Assembly: GCA_028534125.1 (NCBI GenBank)
Contig: CM052816.1
Location: 42,410,001 to 42,474,000 of the forward strand
DNA from: Lama glama
Lineage: Eukaryota
DNA: 64,000 nucleotides
Reading direction: 5' to 3'
This document shows positions 12,771 through 25,465 of the stretch, in pieces (the first letter of the stretch is position 1; the number at the start of each line of letters is the position of its first letter). The notes beneath the pieces were generated by a model. The model did no database searches. It was not told the DNA's origin and worked only from the letters and a program-made list of their open reading frames with translations. The position numbers were made by a program, and so were the translations under genes.

Positions 12771-12823
12771 ATAGTCCATAGTCATCTGCGGGAAGGGAAA
12801 AAAAATAGCAAGATTTCTGTCTC

Positions 12824-12853
12824 TAGATAGATAGATAGATAGATAGATAGATA
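12824..12853. repeat. (GATA)n microsatellite
   Basis: direct observation. Confidence 0.95.
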
Positions 12854-13038
12854 TTTTTTAAAGATTTTTTTGTTACACTTTCCAAACACTATTAACTTTT
12901 TATTTTGCTTTATCAAGGACTTGTAGTGAAAACAGAACAAAAATGGCAGGGCAAGGTCACTTCAACTAAAGAGTGAGGGTAAATACCTATGTGAATTTGA
13001 TGTTTTAACCAGTATGATTGAAAAATAAAATAACCTAC

Positions 13039-13129
13039 TGAGTGGGTGGGAGAAATGGTTGTGTAAATCCAGCTAAGTGCTGTGCCAGACTCTGACATAC
13101 AGCATCTGATGACAAACTCTGTCTGCAGG
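13039..13129 (-). pseudogene. 91-nt exon, phase 0->1 (PADRVCHQ...*...SHPL)
   Basis: gtgcttcatctttag acceptor, TCA|gtaggt donor; internal TAG in the phase-0 frame; reading frame uncertain. Confidence 0.45.
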
Positions 13130-14031
13130 CTAAAGATGAAGCACATGTTTGCTCATTGGTTATCAACTAGAAAACAAGGACCATCTGTTAATTACCACCA
13201 GAAGACTTGGAGAGAGAAAAATAAATGGAATCAAATTTTCCTCTGTCCGAGGTAGATTTTTTTTTTTTTTTTGTCTTCATGCTCTGGGGAAAGAAGCCTA
13301 TAATTAGGTCTAAAGAAAGTTCATTTAAATCTCTGATAACTTCTTGATTATATATAATATAAATACAAAAACATTTCCAGGGGAGGAATTAACACTCAAG
13401 TGGAAATACAGCATATAGGTCATAATGTCGTGATAAATTTTCACTGTATTATAGGGATAGCAAATATTACCATGGCACACATATTTGGGCTTTACTTTTG
13501 CCAAGTATTTTACCATTATTTTTACCTACTACCCATTAAAGCAATATGGTGTAATAGGTTAATACTCTAAACTCACAATTTCTAAATGAGGGATCTCAGA
13601 CAGGCTAGATACGTGCCTGAGTAGTTTCTGTAAGCATTAGGGCTAAACCTGGGTCATATCGTCTAACTCTTGTATTGCCTAACTCTTGTATTGTCTTCAG
13701 TGTGGCAAGTCCCAGAATGGGGGTTGGGGATGAAGGGGAGAAGAGATGGTGAAGACAACCACTTAAAAGTAACCTCTTTCCCCTTACCCTCATCCCCGGG
13801 CATCTGGTATTCTTAATAAGACCTTTCCATCCTGCTCTAAATCTTTCAAGGGATCGCAAATAGTGTAGCTTGTATATCCTTACAGTCTAATCCAAGCTGT
13901 TCACAATCCTGTCCTACCAATCATTAACCTAAATGAGCTGACCAAGCATGGGCCTCCTGGCTACTGTCTAACAGGCAGTTCCACTGCCCTCTGTCTAGTA
14001 CATTTCAGGCCCATGAGAGAAGCAGTTCACC

Positions 14032-17000
14032 CAGGTCTATACCTAACATTTGTAGGACTAGAGCAAGAACACAAATGGAGGCCCATATTTAAAAGTTATA
14101 AATCAGGCTAACAAAATTATTAGCTAAAATATGTCTTATCTTTCTATCTTGACAATCAATAGGTTTTATATGGCTGAAAATCAGCAAAACAACAAAGACT
14201 ACTACTAAATGTAATTACTGCACCTGTCTAAATGATATTTGGATGAGTAATAAAGACATCCATAATTCATAAAATATTATATACTATTCTGTAAAATATA
14301 TTTTTCTTGCCTTTGGTTCACCAAAATTATTATGTTGTTGAATCAAGATTTTTCACATAATCTGAATTCTGACAGGAAATGCCAAATTAGATGGTCTTTC
14401 TTAGGTTGAAATTATTATATAGTTTTTAATTCTCTTTGGAGAAGCTTAGCGCTGCTGAAACAGTGGCAAATGGAATTGTCAATAAAATTTTTAAAGCAGT
14501 AGTTCAGAAGTGAACATTCATTTCACATATCATGCTCACATATTGTAATGGGTTTGCACATGATAAATTATCATCTCAAAAAATATTACGAAGTATTTTA
14601 ATTTCATCAGAGAGGTTGCTATCACATTGTGGTTTTTCAGGATCTCAAGACACTATGTAGATTCATATAATAATTCTTAATTTTTCTGCTTTTACATTTT
14701 TCAGTTTTAGGATATTATAAAAATTTTAAAACAGCAGTCTTGCTCAATTTGTTCCAATCTTTCTTTGGTTTCTAATAGCCAGAAAATAGCCTTTATAGAT
14801 ATTAATAGAAATTAGTTTGGGTTCTTTTTTTTATGTGAATCTTCTGCTTTGTAGTCATATGAACATCTTTATTTCTTCATTTTAATTTTTTTTTGGATTG
14901 TCAGTTTTACTGTATATTGCACATGTAGTTTCTATTTATAAAAACCACTTTCAGTTTTAAGAGTTTTCAACCCTGTTAAAAGTTATATAGCCAAATTTAT
15001 ATTTTTTTCCTAAGCTTTTGCTAACATTATTAACAGCAAGTAAATACATGGATAGACATACTCAAAATTAATTGCATTTTCTGGCAAAAATCACAATTCA
15101 CTATTTGAGAAATTTTCTGTTTTTTCATTTAACTGCTCTAGTACATTTTGAATCTTGTTTAAATCTAACTGCTTTAGCAGTATTTGATCAGCACTCCCAT
15201 TGTTTATCCACGAATATCTATTAGGTCAAATTTTCTGTTTTCCTCAAGATGTTCCATCTTTGAACGGATCTTGAAAATACTATATAATGTTTAAACTCTT
15301 CCAAAGAATGTCAACAATATCAGCAGTATTGACACCATGACTTTTAGTAACAAATTCAAACCATGTATTGTAAATAGCATAAAGAATCATTCTGGATTTT
15401 TCACCAAAATGACATTTGTTGTTAGCACCAGTATCACAGTTTTGCTCCCAACAATCTTTTAAATCAGAGCCTAAAATGGAAGTTGTTTTTTCAATTTTTT
15501 CCTCAAGTCAAAAGCTCTACTTTTCCCAACAGGTTTGAAACCAATGGAATATTTATAATTTAACCTTCTCCTGGTTATTCAACATATATGTAAATATGTG
15601 TTATTTATGTAGCAATACTTGGATCCTGGTGCAATCAAGGAAATAGTTCTTGCTTTTCAAAATTTGGAGGATGATTTTTTTAATCTCACTTTATTATCTC
15701 TTAAATAAATAATTTCATTTTTAATTCTCCTTATTAGAGAATTATTATTTGTTTCATTACTTTTATCCATCTTATGTTTTTGATCATTCTTTCATCAAAT
15801 TACAAAATAATTTCTATAAATCCTAGACATCTGCCACTACATTTTATAAATATTTTGCTGTTCTGTCTTGAAAGGCATGGCTGAATATTGGATATACAAT
15901 ATTATTCTTTAAAGAACATATGCCTATGTACTATTTTGACATTTCTATTTGTGGAATATTATCAGTTGATTCTTTTTCATTCTCATTGTTTTAATTAGTA
16001 ACTAAATATTCATTTAATAAATAATAAAAAGTTGCAAGAGTTTTTTAACTGACCCATCTAAGTTGTAGATTTAATGAGAATAATGTTCTTGTTCATTTGC
16101 ATTGTTCTGATCAGTAGTTAAATCTTCACTAAATAAGAACTTGTAATCTCTTGTTTACAATTTCTATTAATGTCATGCTCAACAAGACTGCTCACTTTCA
16201 TCATTCCTATAGTTTTATTTCTAGCTTAACTAGAACTCTTCTTTGAAATTTTTTCTGTTTCTTTTTTCTTTCCAGCTTTTTTCTTTTCTAATCTCTATTC
16301 TTGAATTCTGTATTTCAACCCCAATTCTGTATCTTCACTGGCCCTTCATTCTCAATGATCTAAAAGATTTAAAAGTAAAATGTTATTGTAGAAAGTGTAT
16401 AAAATTTGAATTTATTTTAATCAAAAATGTAAATTAAAAATGCAGAAAAATAAAAATTTTCATGTGTTAAAATTATTTTTCTTCTAAAATATATAAAATT
16501 ATTAAAATTAAAGGGCAAAATATAAGCTATAATGAATATCAAATTATAAAGTAAAATTAAATAATGCTGAATTTTATTTTAATACTTGAAATTTTAATTA
16601 ATCTGATTAAACATTTTTATAAAAATGAAACTATTTGCATTTCTAGCATTCAATATTCACCTAGTTGCCAATGTTAAGAACTAGTATCACACATTAAGTA
16701 TATTACACCTAGACATAAATGCATACAAATTTAAGAGCAATATGAATTGTTTAATACTGCAAAATATTCCTAAGCCATCATATGCAATAACTGCAAATTC
16801 TGAGCACATCTGGAGTAAATCCAGAACCATGAACTGCTTTATATGAAGAGAAGCAAGAAAGTGGATGCTCAGCACCACTGGGAAATGAAACTTCATACTG
16901 CAAGTATCCACTGCATTCATGCTATGAGAAGGATTTGACAAGTTAATTAATTTATCTTTTCTCTTAGTGAAGTGCTTCTGCTGTTCAACTCCTCCCTGGA

Positions 17001-17402
17001 TGGTTGAAGCCTTCTCCTTTTCATATGTTGCGGGTAGCATAACCCATAATACTTCACAGCATTCAGATACAATTCCTTCTTTTTTTTTTTCTTTTTTAAT
17101 GGCGGTACTGGGGTTTGAACCGAGGACCTCATGCATGCTAAGCATGTGCTTTACACTGAGTTATATTCATCACCCCCCCACAACTCCTTTCTATTTCCAG
17201 GAGGTAGGTTAAAAGATGTGGAAAAGAATTTCCCTTTAGCCTGACGAGTGTTAATCACAAGCATGAATGTTTAGCAATAGAAGTGCCAATTTTTTTTAAT
17301 AATTTACTGTTTATGTGTGGTACATATTTGTGATTTGAGGGTCCTCTGAAGCAGAAGCACAGGGTCCACAGCTTCTTTTTCCCAAATCTAAGTATGCTAC
17401 TG
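14032..17402 (-). mobile_element. hAT-Tip100 DNA transposon remnant (Zaphod/Arthur1-like) with decayed transposase
   Basis: Minus strand at ~14400-14500 translates ALKILLTIPFATVSAALSFSK, matching the hAT C-terminal dimerisation motif (LTIP..T.SAERSFS); weak inverted ends caggtctatacctaacatttg / caaatctaagtatgctactg. Confidence 0.75.
17079..17179 (-). mobile_element. Camelid tRNA-derived SINE (Vic-1-like), short form
   Basis: ggcggtactggggtttgaaccgaggacctcatgcatgctaagcatgtgc; TSD acaa(t/c)tcctt. Confidence 0.9.
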
Positions 17403-17639
17403 AACTCATCTTTCCATATTTCCTCTCCTCCTTTCTTAGTCCACTGCCTCAGGGCACATCAAAATCACTATCCTCTCACCCTGCCAGCCCAGTTTAAAGC
17501 CCTGACTAACTAATTTACTCTTTCAGGCACTCCATGATTTATTTTAGAATTTGAGCTGAAAAAGTTCTTCAGACTCTCACAAGTTGTACAACATTCTTTG
17601 TGAGAAGAGCAGAAGTCCCTCCAGTGAGGATGGGCCATC

Positions 17640-17980
17640 CAATTTTCATACATGCTGTTCCCTCACCTGAAACACGTGCTCTCCTCACTTCAGATATTTG
17701 ACTCATCTAGATCTCAGCTCAGTTGTAACTTTCACAGAAAAGCCTCCCTTGTCAGCCCCAATGAGTTCAAATCCCTTTTGGTTATATTCCCCCATCATCT
17801 TGTTCTCTTTAACAGAGTGATGATTTTATATTTATTTCTGTAATTGGGTTAGTGTTTGTCTCCCTCCATAGAGAGGAAATGACACAAGGATCATGCCTGA
17901 TTGTGTTTTGGAACACCATTATATCCCCAGAGCTTAGCCCACAATGTACACATAGGAGACACTCGAGATTTAATTAATTG
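17640..17980 (+). mobile_element. L2 3' end
   Basis: catgctgttccctcacctg...agatctcagctcag...tatccccagagcttagcccacaatg. Confidence 0.7.
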
Positions 17981-18742
17981 GGAGTCATTCAGCTGCATCT
18001 TACACTCTGTTTTCTTGGTTTTAGACCTTGGTCCATCATGTGGCTAAAAAACCTATCCGTCTTTTAGCTCTCAGCTTAATAGTATCTTCCTGGGAAAGCT
18101 TTCCCAGGCCTCTTTGACTAATTCAAATCTCTTTGTTTTTTTTATGTGAGAAAAAAGTGTAAACTCCAGTTGGCCTCCTGACACGATTTCACAACATGTG
18201 TTTACACCTGAGCACCTGTGCTTCAGTGAACACTCTCCCAAGTTGTGAAAAATACTGTGTTAAAAAAAACTGGCTTTGTGGTGGGCAAAGGCAGTCCGGC
18301 AATCTTAGGAATATTTTCACTGGCTTAGCAAAACCTTCAGTTTGGCTACAGAGTATGGCCAATTTTAGCAATAGATATATCTTCCCCAAATCAAGTATCT
18401 GGAACACTGACTGATGTGGGAACTAGGAAATACTTTATCTAATATGATCACATATTTTGAAGTAGCTCAGGATTTATCTACAGCATTCAATTCTACCTGG
18501 ACACCAAGCAGCCAGAGAAACACAAACAGCTATTTCCGGAAAGTTTCTTGACTCCTTTTTTGCAAGTTTTAACTTCATTACCATGAAATCATTTGTTTGT
18601 TATAGAATGACTTTCATCCTGGTTCTGCTGAAAACTTGAAAAACTAGACAAACCAATAAATGATGGTAAAGCGTCTCTCTCCATTTTCTCACTACTCCCA
18701 ATATTTGCTGGAGACAGACCAAACTCTAATTTAGCTTCCTGC

Positions 18743-18808
18743 CTCTTGAGCTTTCCTATAAACATTTGCAGGATATTTGGCCCGCTTCTTTACAGAATTC
18801 TCCTTGTA
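18743..18808 (-). pseudogene. Candidate 66-nt exon (YKENSVKKRAKYPANVYRKAQE), phase 0->0
   Basis: gctgtcttttctttttaaag acceptor; GC-type or decayed donor GAG|gcagga; a second acceptor-like site at 18956 (IDEDSDEKIKKIY) lies upstream. Confidence 0.45.
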
Positions 18809-19324
18809 CTTTAAAAAGAAAAGACAGCAAAATTGGACTATAATAGTTGGACACTGACATCACCACCCCCAAAATAACTATTGTAAGTTGAATCAGCAAT
18901 GAAAGTTTTTCAGCAGATAGATCTTTTTTATCTTCTCATCTGAGTCTTCATCTATTCTAAGTAATGGAAAAATTAATTGGAAATGGCAAGTCAAGACGGA
19001 CAGATTCAAATGGGGTACCTCATTCTCATGAGTTACTGAATGTCCGTGTGGCCTAGGGGGGCTGGCAAGCTTTGTCTCAAACAACTGAACTTTCTATCCA
19101 AAGTGTCTGAAGGGCAGAGAAGGATTTTATTAAACTCAGTTAGTTGAGAGAAATGTGGGAAAGCATTAGACTAATTACACTCAAACTCAAATGATCAAGC
19201 ACTAGTTCACTGGCTCAATTAGAAGCTCTACTAAAGGAGACTCAGAAGCAAAGAAATTTGTTAATGTGTTAAATAAATTAGCAAAAATATGAATATGACA
19301 TTTAATCATGCCAGAAGGCCTGAC

Positions 19325-19415
19325 CTCCATTTGGAAAACAATGAGATTATCCTGGCAAAAAAAGTGTACCATCAAGTTCAGAGAAAGCGTGCACTGTACA
19401 CCTTTTCTGTATGGC
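19325..19415 (-). pseudogene. 91-nt exon (PYRKGVQCTLSLNLMVHFFCQDNLIVFQME), phase 2->0, start of an RGS-like segment
   Basis: gccttccctgtttctcag acceptor, GAG|gtcagg donor; open frame; CQDNL..F.ME resembles RGS SEENL.FW.E. Confidence 0.65.
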
Positions 19416-19642
19416 CTGAGAAACAGGGAAGGCAAACATCTACATTTTGTTCTATTCATATGAAAACAAGGCTAAAATTGCTTTGAGGTCTTTACTTCAC
19501 ACAAAATAGCATTCATCTTTTTTTATTAAGGTAATATGTTAGAAGTAGAGAGCCTAATTCATTTGTTTTTATCAGATAATACAATGGAAGTAGAGGTCCT
19601 AATAACTGTCTATTATCTTGCTTCTAGCTATAAAAGACATAC

Positions 19643-19703
19643 CTCAGTAGTTTTATCTGCTGTAAAACAGCAGATGTTTCTCCCGAGATTCTGTCTAAGT
19701 TCT
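19643..19703 (-). pseudogene. 61-nt exon (ENLDRISGETSAVLQQIKLLR), phase 1->2
   Basis: ctttgtttgctctaaag acceptor, GAG|gtatgt donor; open frame. Confidence 0.6.
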
Positions 19704-20593
19704 CTTTAGAGCAAACAAAGCACTTTCCTTTGTGGTTGAGAGGAGCCAAGGAAAGAGTCCTTGTCCAATTCCTAGGAATTCCAAATAGCACTGCCATATT
19801 GCTTCCCACCTGGTCTCAACTGGGAAGTGAAAGATTATTAAAAAGTTTCAATCATTTTTCAAATGCAGAAATGTTTTAACTTTTTGCCTTTACAAAACCA
19901 TCATGTAAGTATGCTTTTCTTTCCTCCTTCCCGCTTTGGATTATTTGTTTTTTGGTTATTTTTTAACCGTAGGTAAATAAACTGAAGTTGTTAAGTGTTG
20001 GTCCTGATATAATATGAGTAGTAAATTGAAATCCTTTCCTTTAAAATAATAAAAAAAACTTTGATAGTATTCTAAAGGTAGAGATGGCTAAAAAGTCACT
20101 TGGGGCAAATGCTGAACAACCTTTCTGCAGTGTTTTCAGTTAGAGTTAACTTTAGGGATTATGGTTTTAGTAAACACTTTGCCTCTATTGGATAATAATA
20201 ACTCTGGCTTTCATTAGCTATTTCATTTCTTGGCTGAAATTACTCTGAAATAAATGAAAGTCTGTGTTTATTTTGTAAATATTTCATTCGTGGGTTATAT
20301 GTTACATTTTGTCATTGGTCAAGTTTTATTAAGCGGAGACAAAAAAATAACTTCATGGGATTTTATTAAATATCCATGTTTTAAAGGTGAAGTTGGAAAC
20401 AAAATTTCTTCCCTTTATCATGTTGCTTAAATCTTATTTTTCATCCCTACCCATCATTATTTAACTGGCTTGTTACACAAAATATGCCTGTAAGATTGTC
20501 TCATAACATTGCTATGTCCTTAAAAATTTCCATGACCCATATTTTGGATTCTACCTTCAAGACTTTTTAAATAGTGAATAATTTTACGCTTAC

Positions 20594-20664
20594 CCAGGAT
20601 CCAATCTTTCCATTACTGTTTCTGTTTTCTGTGTCCCAGTTCACAGGTTTTTAGTGTAAAGCAG
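20594..20664 (-). pseudogene. 71-nt exon (CFTLKTCELGHRKQKQ*WKDWIL), phase 2->1
   Basis: TGG|gtaagc donor; acceptor decayed (tgttttcttcttatgg); one internal TAA; phases match both neighbours. Confidence 0.5.
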
Positions 20665-21199
20665 CCATAAGAAGAAAACACATTTCAGAGGTTCTGAAAG
20701 CAACAGAGATTTGGAAACCCTAAATCCCCCATGAGTCTTGAGCCTAGCTACTAGTCTAACAGTATTATTTTATTATTGGGACAAGGTGAGAGGAGGCCCA
20801 GACAGCTTTCACAAGTGGCATTTCAGTGTAAAATCTTTTTTAGACTCTCATTAGCAAAGTGAAACCAAGGACATTATTGTGCTAATAAATGATGCCCTTC
20901 ACCCTCACCCCACAAGAGCCATCATAAAATCATCTAGATCCTGACCCTTTACAACCAGGTTTCCCCCAAATGATTGAACTATCATTTCCTAGCTTCTCTA
21001 GAGAACATCTTCCCCTCTGCTCACCACCATGGCTGCACAATCACTAGGGAGGTAGTACGGGGGATGCCTGGGGGGCAAGAAAGGGCAAGAGGTACACCTG
21101 TTCTGCCTCCGTTCCCCAGCCACCCTTAAGCAGGTTGTGCTACACCTACAAAATTTCCAGAGACTTCCTTCCACCATCACAAGTGTCACACAGAGACTT

Positions 21200-21300
21200 G
21201 GTGATGGTTAGTCTGTGTCAACTGCTCTAATCCTCCAGTTCCAAATTACCTAATCAAACAATAATCTAGGTGGTGCTGTGAAAGTTTTTTGTAGATGTGT
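21200..21300 (+). mobile_element. MLT2 (ERVL) LTR 5' fragment
   Basis: gtgatggttagtctgtgtcaact...taatctaggtggtgctgtgaaagttttttgtagatgtg. Confidence 0.65.
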
Positions 21301-21301
21301 G

Positions 21302-21304
<3 letters not shown>

Positions 21305-21345
<41 letters not shown>
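21305..21345. repeat. (CA)n microsatellite
   Basis: direct observation, ~20 units. Confidence 0.95.
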
Positions 21346-21351
<6 letters not shown>

Positions 21352-21364
21352 CAAACACATACTG

Positions 21365-21650
21365 TGGGCAGCTGTGGGTGCTGAGCCTGGGCCTCTAGCA
21401 TGGGACAGTCCAGAAGCCAGAATGGCAGAGGCGCTCACTTCTGCAGGCCCATCGCAGGGCGCCATCCATATTCTCCAGGGCTCCCTTGGATAGTGGTGGG
21501 TTTTGTAAATTATCTTTTGATGACATTTTCAGTTTAAGATTTTTAACCAGCAGTCTCTTACATGTATATTTGTAAATAATATCATGTTTCTGTGAAAATG
21601 TACTATCAAATAAAATGGGAGGAAAATGCCTTTTCTAGCTAATAAAAAAA
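21365..21650 (+). pseudogene. Retroposed mRNA 3'-UTR fragment (processed pseudogene remnant)
   Basis: GC-richer segment, then UTR-like tgtatatttgtaaata, AATAAA at 21609, A-tract at 21641-21651; atactg on both sides. Confidence 0.6.
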
Positions 21651-22369
21651 ATACTGATCAACAGGAATCTCGTAAGTAATACTAACTTGAAACAATGGAA
21701 AAACAGGACTTTTCAAGCACAAAGCTGGTTTCTTATGGCATGCTTCTAGAACCCTAAATACTAGGAGGCAGCTATAATTTTTAATTATTCTTTTGTGTAA
21801 AAAAAAAAAGATCTGTCATGTCAGCTAATTTTCCATCATAAAATGTTTAGGAACTTCAGAGAGTATGCAGTGACACTGATAAAATTCTCTCCATTCACTC
21901 CATGATACTAGAGTTATTTGTGATTCTGAGTTGAACAATATCACTTGCTTTCCTGGTCTATATTGCATTATGCACATTCTAGATTTGCAATCATTTATAA
22001 AGAAACAGGAAAAAAATACCAGATCCTAACAAAATAGGAAATGAAATCTTAAGTCAATTAAAATTTAAATAAATTTTAAGTATAAACTTCTGACTAATCT
22101 TAGAATCATCCAAGGTAACTGAATTAAGTATCTCTCTTTCAAAAATAAAATGGGAAACAAATATAGTAACAGTACAAGACTAGAGGACTGATCTATTTAT
22201 AACCATTTTATCTTTTGAGATGTGTTACAAATCTGCTGCTTATTTTTATTAGCATTTATTCTTTTTTGCTTTCAGAGCCCTGTCTAAAAAGAGAGAGAGA
22301 GAATATATCTAATTTCTGAGCAAGTATCAGCTTTTATTTGAGTCCAAAAAATCACATTATTTCTAATAT

Positions 22370-22625
22370 GGGAGGCAATATATCATGGTGGTTAAAGCAA
22401 CCAGACTTGGGTATAAATCCTAGTTTCAGTTGTCTGACTTTGTCAAATTAAACACTCTAAGCTTCAGCTTCTTCACATGTAAAATGGGGATAGTAATATC
22501 TTGCTCCCTGAGTCATTGTAATGGCAAATAAAGTTTTATACGTATATATTTAAACACAAGTAACTATACAACACACCCACATAGCCATGTATACATAAAG
22601 TATTTAACATGTTCAAAAAATAGTA
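22370..22625 (+). mobile_element. MIR SINE
   Basis: catggtggttaaagca...cttcagcttcttcacatgtaaaatggggatagtaata. Confidence 0.8.
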
Positions 22626-23137
22626 GATATCCTCCTAATTTAGAAATTGTCTTTACTCAAATTCATTACAGTTCTGTTCTAAGAAAATGTATCTTCTTGT
22701 TCAATATATTTTAAAACTAACATTTAAAAATGTCTATTTATGCTAATTATCACTGTGAAACATAAAACACAAAACTTTATTGTGTAGAAATTCTTGGGTT
22801 ATAAGCAAAAGAAATGGACTAAAGTAGAAAATGAATTCCTGGAAAGTTGTGAGATACCCCTCAGAAGCCATGTGAAAGATCCAGAATCTGGCGGGTCTGG
22901 AGGTCTAGACAGCAGAACCTAATGACTTTTCTTTTCTTCTTCAGGGCTGCTACAAAAATTTGGGCCAATAATTTCAGTCATTTTGTCACTCAAGATTCAA
23001 ATTCCAAGTGATAACATCTAAGAGGTCTAGATTGACTGAAGGAAAGTAGAACTCCCACAGTCCCACCTTTGCTTTGCCACCACAAAGCAGAGTCCAAGGG
23101 CTGTTACAGAGGAAGGACTAAGGGGTGACAATGAGAA

Positions 23138-24732
23138 CAAATCATAATAAAATTTATGTGGAACCATCAAAGACCTAGAATTGCTAAAGCATTACTGAAG
23201 AGAAAGAAAGAGGCTGGAGGAATAACTCTCCCAGACTTCAGACAATACTATAGAGCTACAGTCATCAAGACAGCATAGTNNNNNNNNNNNNNNNNNNNNN
23301 NNNNNNNNNNNNNNNNNNNNNNNNNNNNNNNNNNNNNNNNNNNNNNNNNNNNNNNNNNNNNNNNNNNNNNNNNNNNNNNNNNNNNNNNNNNNNNNNNNNN
23401 NNNNNNNNNNNNNNNNNNNNNNNNNNNNNNNNNNNNNNNNNNNNNNNNNNNNNNNNNNNNNNNNNNNNNNNNNNNNNNNNNNNNNNNNNNNNNNNNNNNN
23501 NNNNNNNNNNNNNNNNNNNNNNNNNNNNNNNNNNNNNNNNNNNNNNNNNNNNNNNNNNNNNNNNNNNNNNNNNNNNNNNNNNNNNNNNNNNNNNNNNNNN
23601 NNNNNNNNNNNNNNNNNNNNNNNNNNNNNNNNNNNNNNNNNNNNNNNNNNNNNNNNNNNNNNNNNNNNNNNNNNNNNNNNNNNNNNNNNNNNNNNNNNNN
23701 NNNNNNNNNNNNNNNNNNNNNNNNNNNNNNNNNNNNNNNNNNNNNNNNNNNNNNNNNNNNNNNNNNNNNNNNNNNNNNNCAAACAACCCAATCCAAAAAT
23801 GGGCAAAAGACCTAAACAAGCAATTCTCCAAGGAAGACATACAAATGATCAATAGGCACATGAAAAAATGCTCCATATCGCTAATTATCAGAGAAATGCA
23901 AATCAAAACTACAATGAGGTATCACCTCACACCAGTCAGAATGGCCATCATTCAAAAATCCACAAATGACAAATGCTGGAGAGGCTGTGGAGAAAGGGGA
24001 ACCCTCCTACACTGCTGGTGGGAATGCAGTTTGGTGCAGTCACTGTGGAAAACAGTATGGCGATTCCTCAAAAAGACTAGGAATAGACTTACCATATGAC
24101 CCAGGAAACCCGCTCCTGGGCATATATCCAAAAGGAACCCTACTTCAGGATGACACCTGCATCCCAATGTTCATAGCAGCACTATTTACAATAGTCAAGA
24201 CATAGAGACAGCCTAAATGTCCATCAATGAATGACTGGATAAAGAAGAAGTGGTATATTTATACAATGGAATACTACTCAGCCATAAAAACCGACAACAT
24301 AACGCCATTTGCAGCAACATGGATGCTCCTGGAGAATGTCATTCTAAGTGAAGAAAGCCAGAAAGAGAAAGAAAAGTACCATATGAGATCGCTCATATGT
24401 GGAATCTAAAAAAAAAACAAAAACAAAAACAAACAAAGCATAAAAAACAGAAACAGACTCATAGACATAGAATACAAACTTACGGTTGCCAAGGGGGCGG
24501 AGGATGGGAAGGGATAGACGAGATTTCCAAACTGTAGAATAGATAAACAAGATTATACCGTATGGCACAGGGAAATATACGCAGATCTTATGGTAGCTCA
24601 CAGAGGAAAAAAATGTGACAATGAATATATATATGTTCATGTATAACTGAAAAATTGTGCTCTACACTGGAATTTGACATAACATTGTAAAATGATTATA
24701 ACTCAATAAAAAGTGTTAAAAAAAAAGCAAGA
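23138..24732 (+). mobile_element. Young 5'-truncated L1 (ORF2 C-terminus plus 3' UTR), spanning an assembly gap
   Basis: ORF2 pieces [37 protein letters not shown] and WIKKKWYIYTMEYYSAIK; poly(A); perfect 18-bp TSD aaggggtgacaatgagaa at 23120-23137 and 24733-24750. Confidence 0.95.
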
Positions 24733-25432
24733 AAGGGGTGACAATGAGAAAACACATGCCCTATGTATATAGAAGTATTGACTTACATTGTTTTTCAGAA
24801 CTCATAAGCCCTTATAATTCACCATAATCACATGTATTGAACAGATAATAAGAGTCAGAAATTATGTTATTTCTTTAATGCCCAATGTACACAACACACT
24901 AACAATAATAGTGGAGAACCTGGGATTCTGAGTAACTGGGCCATATTCCCAAATAAGCTGATATCACCTGGAAGGGGTAATGATAAATTTCCATGTCCAT
25001 GTGAACAACAGGAGTGCACTGGGAAAATCTACTGTCTGTCCCCACCCTCTTTTCTCCCCTTAACTGGTGCTTGCCACCTTGGTTTCTGAAAGTGGCAGGA
25101 GTGGTGGCAATATTTTCCAGTTCCAACTTTCAGTTTGGATGGGCTTGCAAGGCAGGGAATAATGGTAGGTCCCTGAACCTCCACAAGCACCCAGGCTCAT
25201 TTGTTTACACTGGAAGTGTTCTAGTGATGCTGATCTCAAACTTCTGATGGATGGCAAAACTGATGGAATATGAACACTATCCAATTTAGACTCTATTTAG
25301 CTTCTCAACTATAATAAAGCTGAAATGTTTCCAATAGTGACAGAGGGTTAGATAGGTTTCTTTCTTTAAAAAAAAAGAAATCAGTAAGCTACTCAAGAAA
25401 TACAGTAGCATACCTAACAAGTAGTCACTTAC

Positions 25433-25465
25433 TTCAGGCTAATTTCTTTTAAGTTATCCTTAATT
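25433..25465 (-). pseudogene. 33-nt exon (IKDNLKEISL), phase 2->2
   Basis: actaatcagttttgttag acceptor; GAA|gtaagt consensus donor. Confidence 0.55.

Noticed and set aside
11677..13129. RhoGAP-like reading of the last two exons (DAVCQSLAQHLAGFTQPFLP; MLKQNLPSIVL*NTISFL)
   Set aside because: These frames are not phase-compatible with each other or with upstream exons, and no arginine-finger (GIFR) exon was found. The RGS reading needs only one 1-nt repair.
16687..17145. 152-aa minus-strand ORF, the longest gap-free ORF
   Set aside because: Starts inside a SINE and runs through its poly(A) into hAT transposon sequence; no protein-like features
19380..19415. WD40-like GHTEKVYSARF in an alternative frame
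   Set aside because: Two stops follow immediately, and the frame conflicts with the phase of the adjacent exon
23192..23906. ORFs of 182-213 aa in the ORF track
   Set aside because: Artefacts of translating the 500-N gap; the flanks are antisense L1
24920..24967. Strong minus-strand acceptor ttaccccttccag|GTGATATC
   Set aside because: No good donor, and the exon chain is phase-complete without it
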